Below are positions 1-14,300 of a stretch of DNA of 64,000 nt, one piece after another. Source of the stretch: Antedon mediterranea (lineage: Eukaryota; Animalia; Echinodermata); the NCBI RefSeq assembly GCF_964355755.1, contig NC_092675.1, positions 4,645,812 to 4,709,811 of the forward strand, given 5' to 3'. The number at the start of each line of letters is the position of its first letter. The stretch's first letter is position 1. The notes below the pieces were generated by a model. That model was given only the letters and a program-made list of their open reading frames with translations, was not told the DNA's origin and did no database searches. Made by a program: the position numbers and the translations under genes.

Positions 1-840
1 AAGACAACCTTATATTTCAATCTTGTCAGGATTTATCCATTTTATGTATTATGAAATGGTTTTATTATCGAGGAGTTGAGAGAGAAGCTTTAGGTTTCTC
101 CCAAATAATTTGTCAAATGTTGATGGATATGTTTTAAGATAGTTATATGGTTACTTTACTGGAATATATCAATCTTGTAGCTACAACTATATGTCTTTAT
201 AACAAATTAGTTAATATTTAACTTGAAAAAAATTTTTATTACAGCAGTTCAAAGTTGTATTAATAACATACAAAATTTAGATGCACAGATACTGTATTAT
301 ATTATGAATTTTAAGCAATTTTAGCTGAAATTTAAATAATGCTTATATATGTACAGTAAAAATATAAAGATTACTATGTTGAATTTTTATTTTACTCCTT
401 GTTATTTAGAGTTTTTTTTATCTCATACGATGGGAATTTTCCCATGTAATAAGTAATTATTCTTTCTATAGAAAATATTTTCAAAATCTGTTTCTAGATA
501 TGAAAATACTGATGTCTCATTTAAAATTTGTGGCAATAAACTACGGCTCGTTTCTTGTGTAAGCAAGCCAATATTTGTCTGGCTAATTTCCAGGTAATGG
601 TCCCAGGTGTGTTAATGCGTTCTGTAGATATTACCGTCAATAGTAAAATTCATCGTAAATTTTTTACAAGCATTCTTATCGTGTACGATATACATTTTCT
701 TGAGGCCTATTCGATTTATCTTGACTGTTTAGCATGGTCATTTATATCGTTAACTGAGTGCGGTTAACATTAACATACTTATTAGAGTGAAGGAATTTGA
801 TGATCGCATTCACTTATCCACCATTATTTGTATTTTTCAG

Positions 841-3800
841 GCTCTTGAATATGAAGATGGAAACTTAATATCAGGAACTCTAGAGGCTTTCATTCGTCAT
901 ATTGTACCTACGGGAGAATATTACCCAGATGTAAGTAATTTTTTGAAATGATAAATTTTCATTTTATTTATCATATGTTACATCCAAGTAAACAAAATTA
1001 TATTATATAATAATATTATTATATATTATATACTGTAAGTGTACATTGAAATAAAGTCTACTTACAAATGTTAAAACTGCTAACAGTTTTGTGATAATCA
1101 CAATAAAAATATTAAAATACTACAAATACAGCAATAACTGGGACAGTTTATACATATGCTCTACATTCATTCATTCATTCATTCATTTGGTGAAAATCAA
1201 TTGATTATTAATAATAAACAAGAAAAGCAAATCTTAAAATAGATATAGTAGCAAGCCGTACAATAGAAAGGGTAGTTAAAAATGGCATAAATCTTCAATA
1301 AAAGTACAAATATCAAAATTTATTATAATAAATTTGTTAACTATTAATTAAAAAAAAGCTAATAAAAGACATTACATGTGGAACACACAATAACAATTAT
1401 TTCACAAAATTTTAAATTATTATTTTTTTTTAGCACAACTAGATCATTCTGATGATTTGTGTGACTCTACAATTTATTTACTGGTTGTTATTTTATAAAT
1501 GGATTCACAAGTTTTCATCATCGTTTTTATTTTAACATTAAATATTATCATCAGACCATCACATGATGGGCATAGCTTGTTGGCTTAACATTAGTTGCAT
1601 ATATTTAGGTCATCTTTTGTTCCGAGTTCTAAAACAAATGATATTTGCATATAAAGTAGATTTTATGCTAAATACATCATTATGACAACATTGATTGCAG
1701 ATTTTCCAACCGCCACTTTTATAATTAAAGACTGAATACATTTATCACCTCCTACTAATGACTACATGTTAATAGAAATTATTTTAAAGGCATAACAATT
1801 TTAATGATTTTTGTGTTGCACTAAAGATGATTTCATGGATTTACACTTGGTTAATTCTAAAAAATTGTGTGTACATTTAAAAATAAAATTCATACGGTTA
1901 ATTGATAATTTTGTTATGCAAACAAATTATATATGTAAATGAGTATGTTATGATAAAATAGATAGAGAATGGATTGATGACAATGCATCTTGCCATCCTT
2001 GATATTACAATCAATAATCTATGTTAAATTAAATCTCAAAGCAGATTTACACTCCTGTTTCAATCCTCAAGCAATGATGCGATACTTTTCATTCAGTAGT
2101 GACTGTACAAAAATCATGACCCATACTTTTGGTACCTTGTACCATTATTAAATTTCTGGTTGTGTCGAAATGTTTTTAAAGTTTGCAAGAGAAAGATTTC
2201 AAATACTTGCCATTACAATTATAGTTGAGAAAATGTTTCAACCATCTTCTGTTGAATATTTTTTTTTGTAAGAAAACAAGTAACTTGTAGAATTGTAGTC
2301 GCATAATATGATGTACTAAAACGAGGTCACCGAGTTATTCACTGTCACCAGAGAATCATAAATATTCAAATTTTCTTATGCTATGAGCGTCATTAACATC
2401 TACAGTCAAAGATATTATGTGAATGAGATATTTGATTATGTGAATTATTAATTTTGTATAATGACAATCATTATTTTCACTACTTTCCAAAATCATGACT
2501 ATACTGTGATTATTAGTTTATAGATCAGTGTTTATATATATAGTTAATTAAAAGCCAAATAGATAAATAGGATTGAATTGAGATTTGTCCCTGGATAAAT
2601 TGAACTATACACTAGTAGGGCCTACTAACAATAGGTGAAAAGCATTTACATGCTGGCTTAACCCACATAAATTCTTAATTGTAGTAGATTTAAATGCTTA
2701 ATCCACCCATTGGTAGCCCACACAATTTACAGCAAAAAGCTTTTAGGCAAAAGTGGCTATAGTTTTGGGTGTTGAAAAGATTGACGTTGTTTTCATCATG
2801 GTCACAAGTGACGTTATCTACTCCTACATGCTAAAGGGAGTTTAAAATACCTTAAGTGCTTTACTTATTTCCTATATGTAATATAAAATGAATAAAAATC
2901 ATGCATAATGAGAGATTTCTAAGGAAATTCCAACTCTCTTCTGGATATGCAAAGCTATTGTTAGTAATGTTCAATAAAAGTCAAGATGTAAACAAACTAC
3001 TAAAAGTAATTCCATAGTGGTTACATTATTGTTAAATTGAAGATATAATGTACAAGGCCAAGATAGAGGTACATTTTTCGGTGAATTTGCATTTTCAGAT
3101 GATAAAGATAACATTTTGTTTACAAGAAATAAATTGAAAATGTTGCTAAGTTACAAATAAGACCATGATAAATTCAAATCGGTTTTTGCTGACTACAATA
3201 TATCCTCCTTTCATTTTATTATATATACATCTATACCTTAAGATTTTATCAATTAAAAAAAGAAATATTGAGCCTGCTGTACCAATATGTACCAACTGTT
3301 ACAAAAGGACAATAAATAAGATTTTACTGGTCAATAAAAATGTGAGGTTTTCTGAATCCCAAATACCAATGGTGTACATTCTGTGTGTAGGAAATTCATT
3401 TATCCAATATCAATAACAACATTGACATAAAAACCGATATCCAAGGTTTAATGCTGTTACCAATAAACCACCCACCATCTTGTGGTTATCTTAAGCCCTT
3501 ACATGCTGTTAGATGAAGCCTTTTGATTCAAACACATCCTGGTTGTTGACATTGATGAAAATAGGCTGTCAGGGATTCTAAATTTGGAGGACACCTGATG
3601 TGGATCTCAAAAAGGAAAACTACCAAATCCAATAGGATTAAATGGGTAGTTGTTAAATACAGGCCTACTGTAGCATTTAAACTTGCGTAAGACCTTGAAA
3701 ATTACGAAAACAAAATTATACTGTTTACTAAAATGATGCACGTACACAACCAACTTATCTTCATGAAATGTTAAAAATTTACATGTGTGTGCTTTAAATT

Positions 3801-6800
3801 TGATGTTATTTTTCTAATAAAAAGTTACAACATAATGTGAAAGTTATGATTTATTGAGAGATTATCATTCAGCATTTATAATACCTGTCCTTCACAATTT
3901 CTGGATCAGATGACTAAAAAAAATATGTGATGTGCCCAAATATGGTGGTGATATGCCCAAATATGGTAATGATACGACATCATGCATATGTCCATTACAT
4001 GGGCACATCACATTTTTTGTCACATAAAGTTTGATAGAGTAGACAGAGTCTAATCTTAACAATTTATGATTTTCTACTGTGCATTACACATGCATGTTTC
4101 ACATTAATTAGGTTTTTTTTTTTTTTTACAGAGAACATATTTATTTGCATTTCTGCTGAGTTCAAGATTGTACATAAAACCATATAAGTTATTAGAACAA
4201 GTCTGCCAGGTAATTATTACAATTTACTTTTTATTTGATGCTTTCTGTCTTATGATTTCCTTATTTGGGAATGTTCTTTTGATTTTCCTATTTCTATGAC
4301 AACGTCACTACCGGATTCTTATTTCTTTATTACTTTTACATGTGTAATAATATATTAAAATATTTGAATCTTGAAAAGTGATTCTTCTACTAAAAACATT
4401 GAACTTTAAAATATTGTTAACTTATTGTAATATCGCAGCATGTGATACTGCCCTCTAGAGTGTATTTTGATGTATTTGTTTCGTATTTCCACAGCTCTGC
4501 ATTACACAACAAAATTTGAATTCCACAAGCATTGATAAATCATCACTGAGTAACTTTTGCTCCAATCTCATGCAACTTCTAAGGTAAGCGACCGTGTCAA
4601 AATGTTTCTACTGCAGTCACTGCAGTAACTACACCTTTTCGAGTCTTTCCTGATTAAGCAAGTTTTTAATAAGCTACATAGGCCTCTTTAACAATTACAC
4701 TTTTACAAGCATACTTTATTTTATTCTATTTTTAGTGAATGGACAGAAACATTTCCATATGACTTTAGGGACGAGAGGTTAATGAAACAACTTAGAGATA
4801 TAACACAAAAATGTATCGCAATCAATCCAATGTTACGGAAAACTGTAGGCCAACTCATGCAAATGCTTATCAAAAAGGTAATGATGTTATATTGGTTGAC
4901 AGGGAATTTGGACAATTACCTCACTGCATATACAAGAGGACCAAAATGTACTGGGTTTATAGCCGGACACCATTTTGCATGAAAATTATTAAAAATGTTG
5001 ATATATTGATTTCAGTAACACCGTTGTCAGTATACCTACAGCGTTTGTTTCTTCATTTTAACTCAAAATTAATGTTTTCTTAAATTGATAATCTTAAATA
5101 ATCATCTATTTTCATTTTACCAGTTGTCAACGTTAGAGAAATATGAAGATGTTTTGGCGCGGGTTACGACAGCAGCAGCTGAAAGGATGCAGTCATTGCG
5201 GACAAATCCAGAAGCGTTCCAGACCAACATCATTGACATCTGTCCAGATCCGTACATTCTAGCCCAGCAGTTGACTCATATTGAGCTAGAAAGGTTGACG
5301 AATATTGGACCAGAAGAATTTGTACAGGCGTTTATTAAAGAAGGAATTGATGAATCAAAGGTAACTTAATCATCATTATCATTGTAATCATCAAATTTAC
5401 CTATTTATAAATGTTCAGTATTATCTATTAATATCAGTAGATTAAAATCAAACAAATGTGTTCTAAACTCATAAATATGTAATATCTCAAAACGGGTAGA
5501 TTTTCATGTATTCTTTTTAAAATATTCTTTACGTTTTGTAGGTGAAATTCCGAGATTTGAAAAGAACGAAAAACCTAGAAGCATACGTTGAATGGTTCAA
5601 CCGGTTAAGCTACCTCGTAGCCACTGAAATCTGTATGCACATCAAGAAGAAGCATCGGGCAAAGCTGATTGAGTATTTCATTGAGGTTGCCAGAGAATGC
5701 TTTAATATAGGAAACTTCAACTCGTTGATGGCCATCATGTGTAAGTGTTGTTTTGTATTTAATAGATAGCGAGTATAATATTGTAACATTTTAACATTTC
5801 AAACAGTTTTATATTTGTTCAAATGCAAATTATAACAAAGTATGAGTGATACAAATATGTGGGTATAGTGATTATGTAAAATTAAATTTCATGACATTTT
5901 AAGAAAACGGTAGTTAAATTTAATGTTTAAATTTAAATGTAACATAAATTATAAAGTTGTTAATTATTGTTTTTTTATCTCAATTTTAGCTGGTATAAAC
6001 ATGAGTCCTGTGATGAGGTTACGCAAAACATGGGCCAAAGTAAACACACAAAAGTATGATGTCCTCGAACATCAAATGGATCCTTCAAACAACTGGTCAA
6101 CGTACCGACAATCACTACGTGCTGCGATGCAGCGTGCACTTAGTGCCAGAGAGGGCGCCTGCGATAGGATTGTCATTCCATTCTTTAGTCTGCTTGTAAA
6201 GGACATTTATTTCTTGAATGAAGGCTGCAGCAATAGGTTGTCAAATGGACACATAAACTTTGAGGTAATAATTTAATATATTTTGTGTTGTCCAGAGAGT
6301 GAGAGTCTAGCCTACATGAAAGTCAAAGATGGTTGATGTTTTAGGGTGGTGTCTGAGCAGAGGTATGGAAGGCAGTCTACCCAGCCTAGACGCAGAGGTG
6401 GGGAAAGGTTAACCAATATTTAAAAGCATTTGCCAAGCCTACCACCTTACCACAATCAACCTAGAATCACAATCCTTGATAACTAATATTTGCAGGGGTA
6501 ACTAAAAGGGCAAGTGGGAATCTAGTTTATACTGAAATAGATATAAACAGGTTTTTGACCCCAAGCCAGCACAACTACATTATTAGCTAGATTGTAGTTT
6601 GATGTTTAATGATCTTTAGTTTGAAATATTTTTCATTCAGCCTTCATTATTTCTACATTTTAATTTGAACCGAGACATCAATAATCTTTTTTTGGCAAGA
6701 AAAAACGTAGACAATGTAGACAAGAATCCTTGTGTCCTAATTACTTGGCATCAATTATAAAATACCTGCCTACATGCGTGGAAACACAGCCAAGTTGTGC

Positions 6801-7543
6801 CATATCTTGTGAAATTCTAATCTAAAATATGTAGCATCTTAATTGATGTTTGTGTTTTTTCAACAGAAATTTTGGCAGTTGGCCAAGCAAGTGACTGTTT
6901 TTATGACGTGGAAGAACGTAGAGTGTCCATATGAACGAGATAGAAAAGCACTTAATTACTTGTTAACGGCTCCTGTGTTCTCCGAAAACTCACTCTACCT
7001 TGCATCGTACGAGAGTGAAGGACCAGATAATGCGTTCGAGCGTGACAAGTACAAGACCTTAAAGTAAGTTATGACTGCTAAAAACTGCATACAGTATAAT
7101 TCAATTTTAAAAAGTTACTGACCCTTCCTTCATTGGCTGACATTAAGATATTAAATGAATATTCAACAACAACATTTATTTAGAAACAGTTCAAGAAATA
7201 AAAGCAGCATACATTAATTACAATAACTTAAATGATAACATTAAATAAGAACTGTTTGAGGGATCAGAAAAAGAAGTAAAATAACTTGTCAAATACCAAC
7301 CTCTAAACAAAACAAAAAAAGCAACTGCATGACAAATCATTTGCTATATAGTAGATCTATCAATTATAATCCTAAAAAAAAATATGACTTGCCTATGTAG
7401 AAGAGGAGTTTTATAATTATATAAAATAAAATCTAATTTCTTGAAAATGAATGATGCTTGTCTTCAATTACAGGACAAAATTGGGCGATTTAAACGGCCT
7501 AGATCCTCATTCTTTATGCAATGTATGCATCTGGCCAATTTAA
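841..7543 (+). CDS. RASGEF1B: Ras-GEF domain-containing family member 1 (RASGEF1A/B/C-like), 5'-partial, 9 exons in window
   Basis: Exons 841-930, 4132-4209, 4495-4583, 4736-4877, 5124-5360, 5542-5740, 5990-6264, 6867-7063, 7474-7543. All are AG/GT bounded, phases are consistent, total 1377 nt. The translation has a REM domain (GNLISGTLEAFIRHIVPTGEYYPDRTYLFAFLLSSRL, EWTETFPYDFRDERLM) and a CDC25 domain (LAQQLTHIELERL, YVEWFNRLSYLVATEI, ECFNIGNFNSLMAI, IPFFSLLVKDIYFLNEG, INFEKFWQLAKQV). The start codon lies upstream of the window. The last exon is the least certain, and the paralogue letter is not resolvable. Confidence 0.92.
3911..4050. mobile_element. Short palindromic MITE, copy 1 of 3 (others about 19137-19262 and 21589-21680)
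   Basis: Shared motifs tgtgatgtgccc...gggcacatcaca and terminal agctctgtctacactatcaaact / agtttgatagagtagacagag recur at three loci; the copies are internally inverted. Confidence 0.7.
7160..7310 (-). mobile_element. Possible 3' end relic of a CR1/L2-type LINE
   Basis: Minus strand reads gaggttggtatttgacaagttattttacttctttttctgatccctc, then aataaatgttgttgttgaat. This resembles the stem-loop, polyA signal and simple-repeat tail of such elements. Confidence 0.35.
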
Positions 7544-8279
7544 ACATTGCATCACAGTGATGTATACTGCAGTATTTCCTTTTACATACGTCATATAGGC
7601 TATAAACATTTTCTAAAGTTATTTTTATATTTTATCTCACAGAAATAAAGCAGCACCATCCCACAAATAACTTGACGATGCTTGAGGAAACATGGTATCA
7701 ACTCTTCAGCTTTTATCCTGTAACATTTCCTGAAATATGAACGAATTGAAAGAAACTAAATGATTTTCCCTGATGTTGACGGCGTGTGCAATTCAGGATG
7801 TACATTGAAGGGTTTTCTTTAAAAAAAAAAAAATTAAACTAATGGATTCTAAAGAATGTATTTGAGAAAAAATTTGTATGCTTTACACGTCTGAAAAGAA
7901 ATAATTTATAACCTCAAGTGAAATTGCAATTTTAGTAGCTAGAAATAAGTCAGTCAGTCTCCTGGAACAAAGTGGGAAAAAGATATACGAGGACTTGTAT
8001 GGGAATTTTGTGTGCTAAGGCAATTTTGTTATCTCAAATAAGAATATTGCCAACCGTATTAAGATCTTAAATGTGCAATCAATTTTATAGATTACCAGTC
8101 TTTACTGGTGTTACGTAGATAAGTATCCTCTCAAGAAAATTATTTATACACAGGGGTGTCACCATGTGTTACGGTACATAGAGGGAGGTGAAAAATACAT
8201 ACAGATACATATTACATAGGTTAAGTCAGGGTACAGTGTCTCACATTGAGGTGGACAAGACTGACATACATAGATCCCA

Positions 8280-8670
8280 GGGTACAGTGTCGCACAAAGT
8301 CTGGTTAACAACACATAAAGATACTATGTATTATATAGAGGCAAGTATACAGTGTCTCACACAGTCTGGTTAACAACACATAGAGATAGAGGCAAGGATA
8401 CAGTGTCTCACACAGTCTGGTTAACAACACATAGAGATACTATGTATTATATAGAGGCAAGGATACAGTGTCTCACACAGTCTGGTTAACAACACATAGA
8501 GATACTATGTATTATATAGAGGCAAGGATACAGTGTCTCACACAGTCTGGTTAACAACACATAGAGATACTATGTATTATATAGAGGCAAGGATACAGTG
8601 TCTCACACAGTCTGGTTAACAACACATAGAGATACTATGTATTATATAGAGGCAAGGATACAGTGTCTCC
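8280..8670. repeat. 65-bp tandem repeat, about 6 copies
   Basis: Unit ggatacagtgtctcacacagtctggttaacaacacatagagatactatgtattatatagaggcaa starts at 8396, 8461, 8526, 8591 and 8656 (partial). Diverged or shortened units at 8280 and 8345. Confidence 0.95.
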
Positions 8671-10562
8671 ATAGAGGGGTACAACATATAGGGATACTAC
8701 TGTATGTATTACATAAAGGAAAGGGTACAGTGTCTTACATAGAGGGACAATGCTTTACATAATTGGAGATGTTTTACAGAGATATGTTATTATACAGGGA
8801 CATATTACATGTATAGATACAATATGTATACATAAAATGTCATGAAAGAAAATTCATTCTTAAATATTGTGTATTGAAATATTTACTTAATTGTATGTGA
8901 TAATAGTATTGTGTCGGTGTATACACATTGTGGATCTAAGAGAGCGCTTTTGTCAAAGACGCTGGTTCGTTGGACAAATAGCCTTCTGTACTGCGTTTTT
9001 ATTGTTCAAAGAGAAATATATCTCACCACACCAACATTTAAATGGGTTTCATCTCTTTAATGAACTATGTACATGTGGTGTAACGGCAAGAATTTATTTA
9101 ATAATAAAATTGAAATTGTATTACATAGAAGTAATGAAATGACGCCAAATATAAATCAGTCATATATTCAACTTTCGTCAGTTTATATTAATAATAATTA
9201 TTTTATATTAAAAAATACCTTGGTATTGGTTAAGTTAAGAGTACATTATAGGTGAAGATTCGAAAAACAATTTCACTAATTCTAGGTAAAAAGGTAGTAA
9301 AGACAATAATAGCTCATAATATTTATTAACAGTGGACTAAAAAACATGCTAAACCAAATTGTATTAAAGTATTTCAAGATGTAGTATCTAAAGAGACATA
9401 TTGTGTCATAACAATTATTGATTTAATTCAAAAATAGTTTTATGATGGGAAAATGTAAAACGGCAGTAACATACTTGTTTGTTTTACAGTTTGACGAAAC
9501 TTTCTTCTGGGAAATGAAGATAGTGAGAACAGTAATAGGCTGATGATGTGCACTTTGAAAAGGGGAAAGTTTTTTTTAATGTTTCATTTGATTCTAGATT
9601 TGTCTTTTAATAATTACCATATTGCTTTAGATGTCCCCAAATGTTTTGTAGCCCTTCCTCTTGTTTGAGTACTGTATTTATCTATCAAGAATAAAATGTT
9701 ATATTTAGAATTCATTTAAAGTCAAATGTATGCATATCATATTTTATGAGTATTTGGTTGATAATTATGTGAGTCAAGTAGTTTTTAAAAGTGAAACATA
9801 GTTTTATTATTTTCCGTGGTGCTTTGTTAGTACCGACATTACGTGCAATCAAGCATGGTAGAGACAAGATGTGTTTATTGACATTTTAAAAGTTGATAAG
9901 TGATTATTTTATTACTGTTTTGTTGACATGGCTTTGTTTTGTAAAGCTAGGCAGATGGTAAATACACGTTGAGAAACTTGTATATAATGTACAGTATGTA
10001 TAACAAATAAATCAATGATAAAATATAAGTGGAAATTTATGTCTATGAAATTTTTTTTTTCTGTTGTGGTATATCATTGCGTATGTATGGAAGGCAAACA
10101 CCGTAAAAAAATAAATACTAACACAGTGAAAATATGAAAGATACTACAATAAGCACAATTTTTTTGCAGAAACTTACCTAAAGGAATTTGTAGAAAAAGA
10201 CAGGGGCGCCGTTTAGTGGTCGTCCACACCTGTGCGCAATTCAGCCAAGTAGGATGCAAGTCGCAGGTTATTCCCCCATTTACATTTAAAGTGCCTATGT
10301 TCAGCCATAAATAGATGATGACCATAATAATTAATAACAAAGTTGAACTAATATAAAAATGTATAGGCCAATTTGTGCATTACACCATTTGGTGACACTG
10401 GTACTGACTGGTTTGTCGGGAAACAGTTAATATTACTGTGAATATTTGTTTTATCTTTGGAATATTTCTAACTCAAATGTAACAGCGCCATCCAAATAAT
10501 ACTCAAAATGTATCGTTTAGTGTCTATAAAATAAATTAATATGTCATGAATAATACCATTAA

Positions 10563-10964
10563 GGCCCATTTACAATAGGCTGATAACGATCGACGATAAA
10601 TAGACAAATATGCATTTTTCATACATAAAACAAAAGAAATATAAATCTCTTCATTCTAGAACTACAGTATATGATAACCATCTATGCTGCTTTTGATGAA
10701 AAATTATATTTTCACACGTCCAATCAAATGATATCATGATTGGTAACAACAATAATATCGTGATAATACAATGATTTTACTGTTTTTATTGATCATGACG
10801 TCATTTGATTGGAATTTTAAAAATACCATTTTTATCAAAGACAGCATAAATTTATTATCATATAGTTCTAGAACGAAAACCTTTCTAATTTCTTTTGTTT
10901 TATGTAAAAAAATTCATGCATATATATTTATCGTCAATCGTTATAGTCCTAGTGTAAATGGGCC
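10563..10964. mobile_element. Harbinger/PIF-like MITE
   Basis: Termini ggcccatttacaatagg / cctagtgtaaatgggcc with long imperfect inverted arms; TAA on both sides (10560-62, 10965-67). Confidence 0.8.
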
Positions 10965-11380
10965 TAAATGTATCATTTGCCTCCTGATGATGACATAAAA
11001 TAAATATTAAAATGTTAATATAAACTGCATTTTAATTCTTGCGGTAACTTTGAAACAAAATAGGTTTTTTTTAATTGTGAATTATAATATTATTCCTTAT
11101 AATTATAATATATTTGTAGTAAACAATTTTGATAGAGCGCCCCCATTCGAGACGACGACACGTTCTGTAACGAGACTTCTGCAAAAAAACCACGTATCCT
11201 TCGTCAGGCTGCTGTGTGAGGCGCGAGGAGGACGTTGTTTTTGTATTTTGATTGTTATCAGGTAGAAACAGGGGACTCCCCGATTATTCACCTTAGAAAT
11301 AAATACGAAAAAAGCTTCATGATAGTCTGCTCTAACGTCAGCTAGCGTAGTGTTAATTTATTGTTATTTCATCTAGTAGA

Positions 11381-14300
11381 ATGCTACCTCTTCGGCGGAT
11401 CCTCAGCAAACAAGCTTCGTCTAAGATTTCCAGGTCTTTTCATTCATGTCAAACGTGGTAAGAAGCTTTCTCAGACTACACTAGGCTAGCTAAAATAAAA
11501 AGCCTGGGCCTAGCTAGGCTAAATTAGTCGTAGTAGGTCTATACTTGTTTTTTATTGTATTTAAGGCAGCCGTATTTAATTCTATTAATAATGCACTAGG
11601 CCTATGCCTAGTCTAGTTAAAGTAATTCAAATCTATGTATTTTTTTGAACTTCAACAATAAATTACAGCATGCTGTGTGCAATGAAGCGTAAGAGAGCAG
11701 GGGGACTACTCTCCCACCCCCACTACACACTACTAGACATCTCCCCTCCTGCCCTAAAAATAAAGTGATGTGTTTTGTTTTATTTACTGATTGTTAGTAT
11801 AATAAATTGCAGATTACTATTTAATCATTTTCAGTGCAGGGAGGGAGCTCCCTGTTCAGTGTTCTCCAAAATAGTGTTTGGATTTTACTGGAATAAATTG
11901 GCTCTAACCGGTATAAAAATGCCTAATACTAATAGGCATATAACAAAATAAAAACTTGTCTAGGCCTAGTAGTAGACCATTAACCAACACCAATCTACTG
12001 TGAAAGGCTATATTTGGATTGAAAAGTAAAATATGACATTATCATTAAGTTATTTGTATATTTTATATAATTATGCTTAATTCTGAAATTATGCTTAATT
12101 CTGAAATTATGCTTAATTCAAAAACTTTTGTATGGATCTCCTCCTTGAATACCTACCCTATCTATCTCACATGTTCTGCAAAACGTAGATTGAGTAACAT
12201 TAATGTTCACCAATATGATATTGTTCCGTATTTCTCTCTAGTCTTAGGAAGATATAAAGGATTTTAAAACACCTGATTTTCAACTGTCGAATTGGAACTA
12301 TTGACTGGTTTCTAATCTGAATGAATTGTTGAATATTCAATGCGAGGTCTCAATAATATCAATATCTGAATAATTACGATAAATTCACAATTTTCCAATA
12401 TAACATGATTGAAACTAACCTCTAGGATAAATTATTGTTTGGTTTTTAAACTTAGAATTCTGTTCTCCTAAATCACTAATTAAATCATTAGTCAAGTATA
12501 GTGTAAAATAGTCTCACTTTCAAATTTGATAATCCATTTCTAGACAGCTACTCCTTCCTGTATGCCCTTGGTTCTTGAAAGGAAATAATTGGCCTTTCAA
12601 GTTTCCTTCTTTTTACCATACCTACGTTGTGTCCCAAATTAGTGACATAATAATATAAAATCTACTGTATTTGTTTATCTTCAGGAATTTATTAAATAAT
12701 ATACGTAAGATACAGTATTTAATATTCAAATGCAGGTAATATAGATTAAATGGCTCACTTTTTTCAGCGTTGTCTTACAGTATACTGTATTATTGAAAAT
12801 GAAACTAGTATATTGAGTGACATAAATTGTACTGTAGCAATTGAATAATTATTAAGGTAATGATACAAAATTAATTATTATTTGTACAGTAGTACCATAC
12901 AGTAGTAGTAGCAGGGGTGGCGCCAGGATCTTCCCGACGCGGGGGCTACATTCCCCGACGAGGGGGCTACATTCCCCGACGAGGGGGCTACATTCCCCGA
13001 CGAGGGGGCTATGCGAGCGAAGCGAGCATCACTAGGCTGGGGGCCAGGGGGCCGCCAAGGGCCCCCGTTGGGGTCCAGGGGGCGAAGGCCCCTGGAAGCA
13101 ACGCGTTCTAGCGTCATTTGAGGTCATTTTGATCAGATTTAGGGTAGCCATTTTATCCATTTTTTATAATGCATAAATAAAATACTGCGTGCAAAAAAAC
13201 GATGCGCGATGACCGTTTCAATCCATATTTTTCAATTTAAAAAATAAAAGTTCAACGAAAATTTAGAAAAATAGAGTTGGAGGTCCCGGAAATTGGACTT
13301 ATTATACTTCAAAACATGAAACAAAATATATAAGTCCCTATCATGGTTGTGACTGAGCTAAGAAATGTTTGAAAAATAGAGATGTTAGGTCCCGGAAAAT
13401 GCACTTCTTGTTCTTCGAAATATGACCAGCTTTATTGTTGGGGCTGAGCTAAGAAAATGTTTAAAGGAAAGGAACACCCTGGGCTAAATGTGCCACTGTG
13501 CTTATAGATAAATGTAATAAAAACATGATTACAATGGTTCAAGGTACAATAGTAAGCAATTTAGTTAAAAAATAGACTTTTAAACGACAACATATCGGAA
13601 ATTGAACAGCGCCATTTTGACCGGTTAAGAGCAATTATGTGACGTCAGATTAGGTGGACGCATTCAAGCAAATCCAAGCGTCCATCCTCATAGTACAGTA
13701 TTTCAATATGGAAGTGCGGGATATAACCATAAATAAAATCAAATAAATAGCCTAACATACCTAATATTTTCGGAATATGGCTTGGAGTTTTTATAATTCA
13801 GAAAATTTGGAACCAGAATATACAGAAAGAGAGTTAGTTTTGCGTCGTGGTGATGAGTAAAAAAGAAGAGAAGAAGAACATTCTCGAGCATAACAAGCCG
13901 TCGAAGAATGGTGTTCTTTCGGCCAGTGTATCTGTACTGTATGCCTTACTAGGCCTAGGCCTAGAACTCGTGTTGAACGAAAATAAAGTAGACACTGCAT
14001 CGTCAACCAACAGCCTCCGTTTGGAAGGTTTGCCAGTTAATTCCCCTACCAAACCCCGTTTGAAACAGCTAGGCAATAAAAGTAACAATAGATTAACAAT
14101 AGCTGAAAGATTTACGAATTCGCTTGCAGAAGAAAAGATCGATCGAAGGTTTGTTTACCAAGTCAGCGCATGCTCATACCGTGTCATCGCCGTCCTGCAT
14201 GACCGCATGTCGCGTTATTAGCCAATCATATTAGCGGATTCGCTTAGCCAATAGAAGCGCCGAATGCAACCGCGAATCTTAAAATTTTCGTCGGCCGTAT

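Noticed and set aside
12878-13117. ORFs with RRGGYIP / APSSGNV repeats
   Set aside because: Translation of the 21-bp subterminal repeats of the hAT-like element; no evidence of coding.
13791-14221. 124-aa and overlapping ORFs as a transposase
   Set aside because: No DDE, THAP or zinc-finger motif recognisable; interior of a non-autonomous element.
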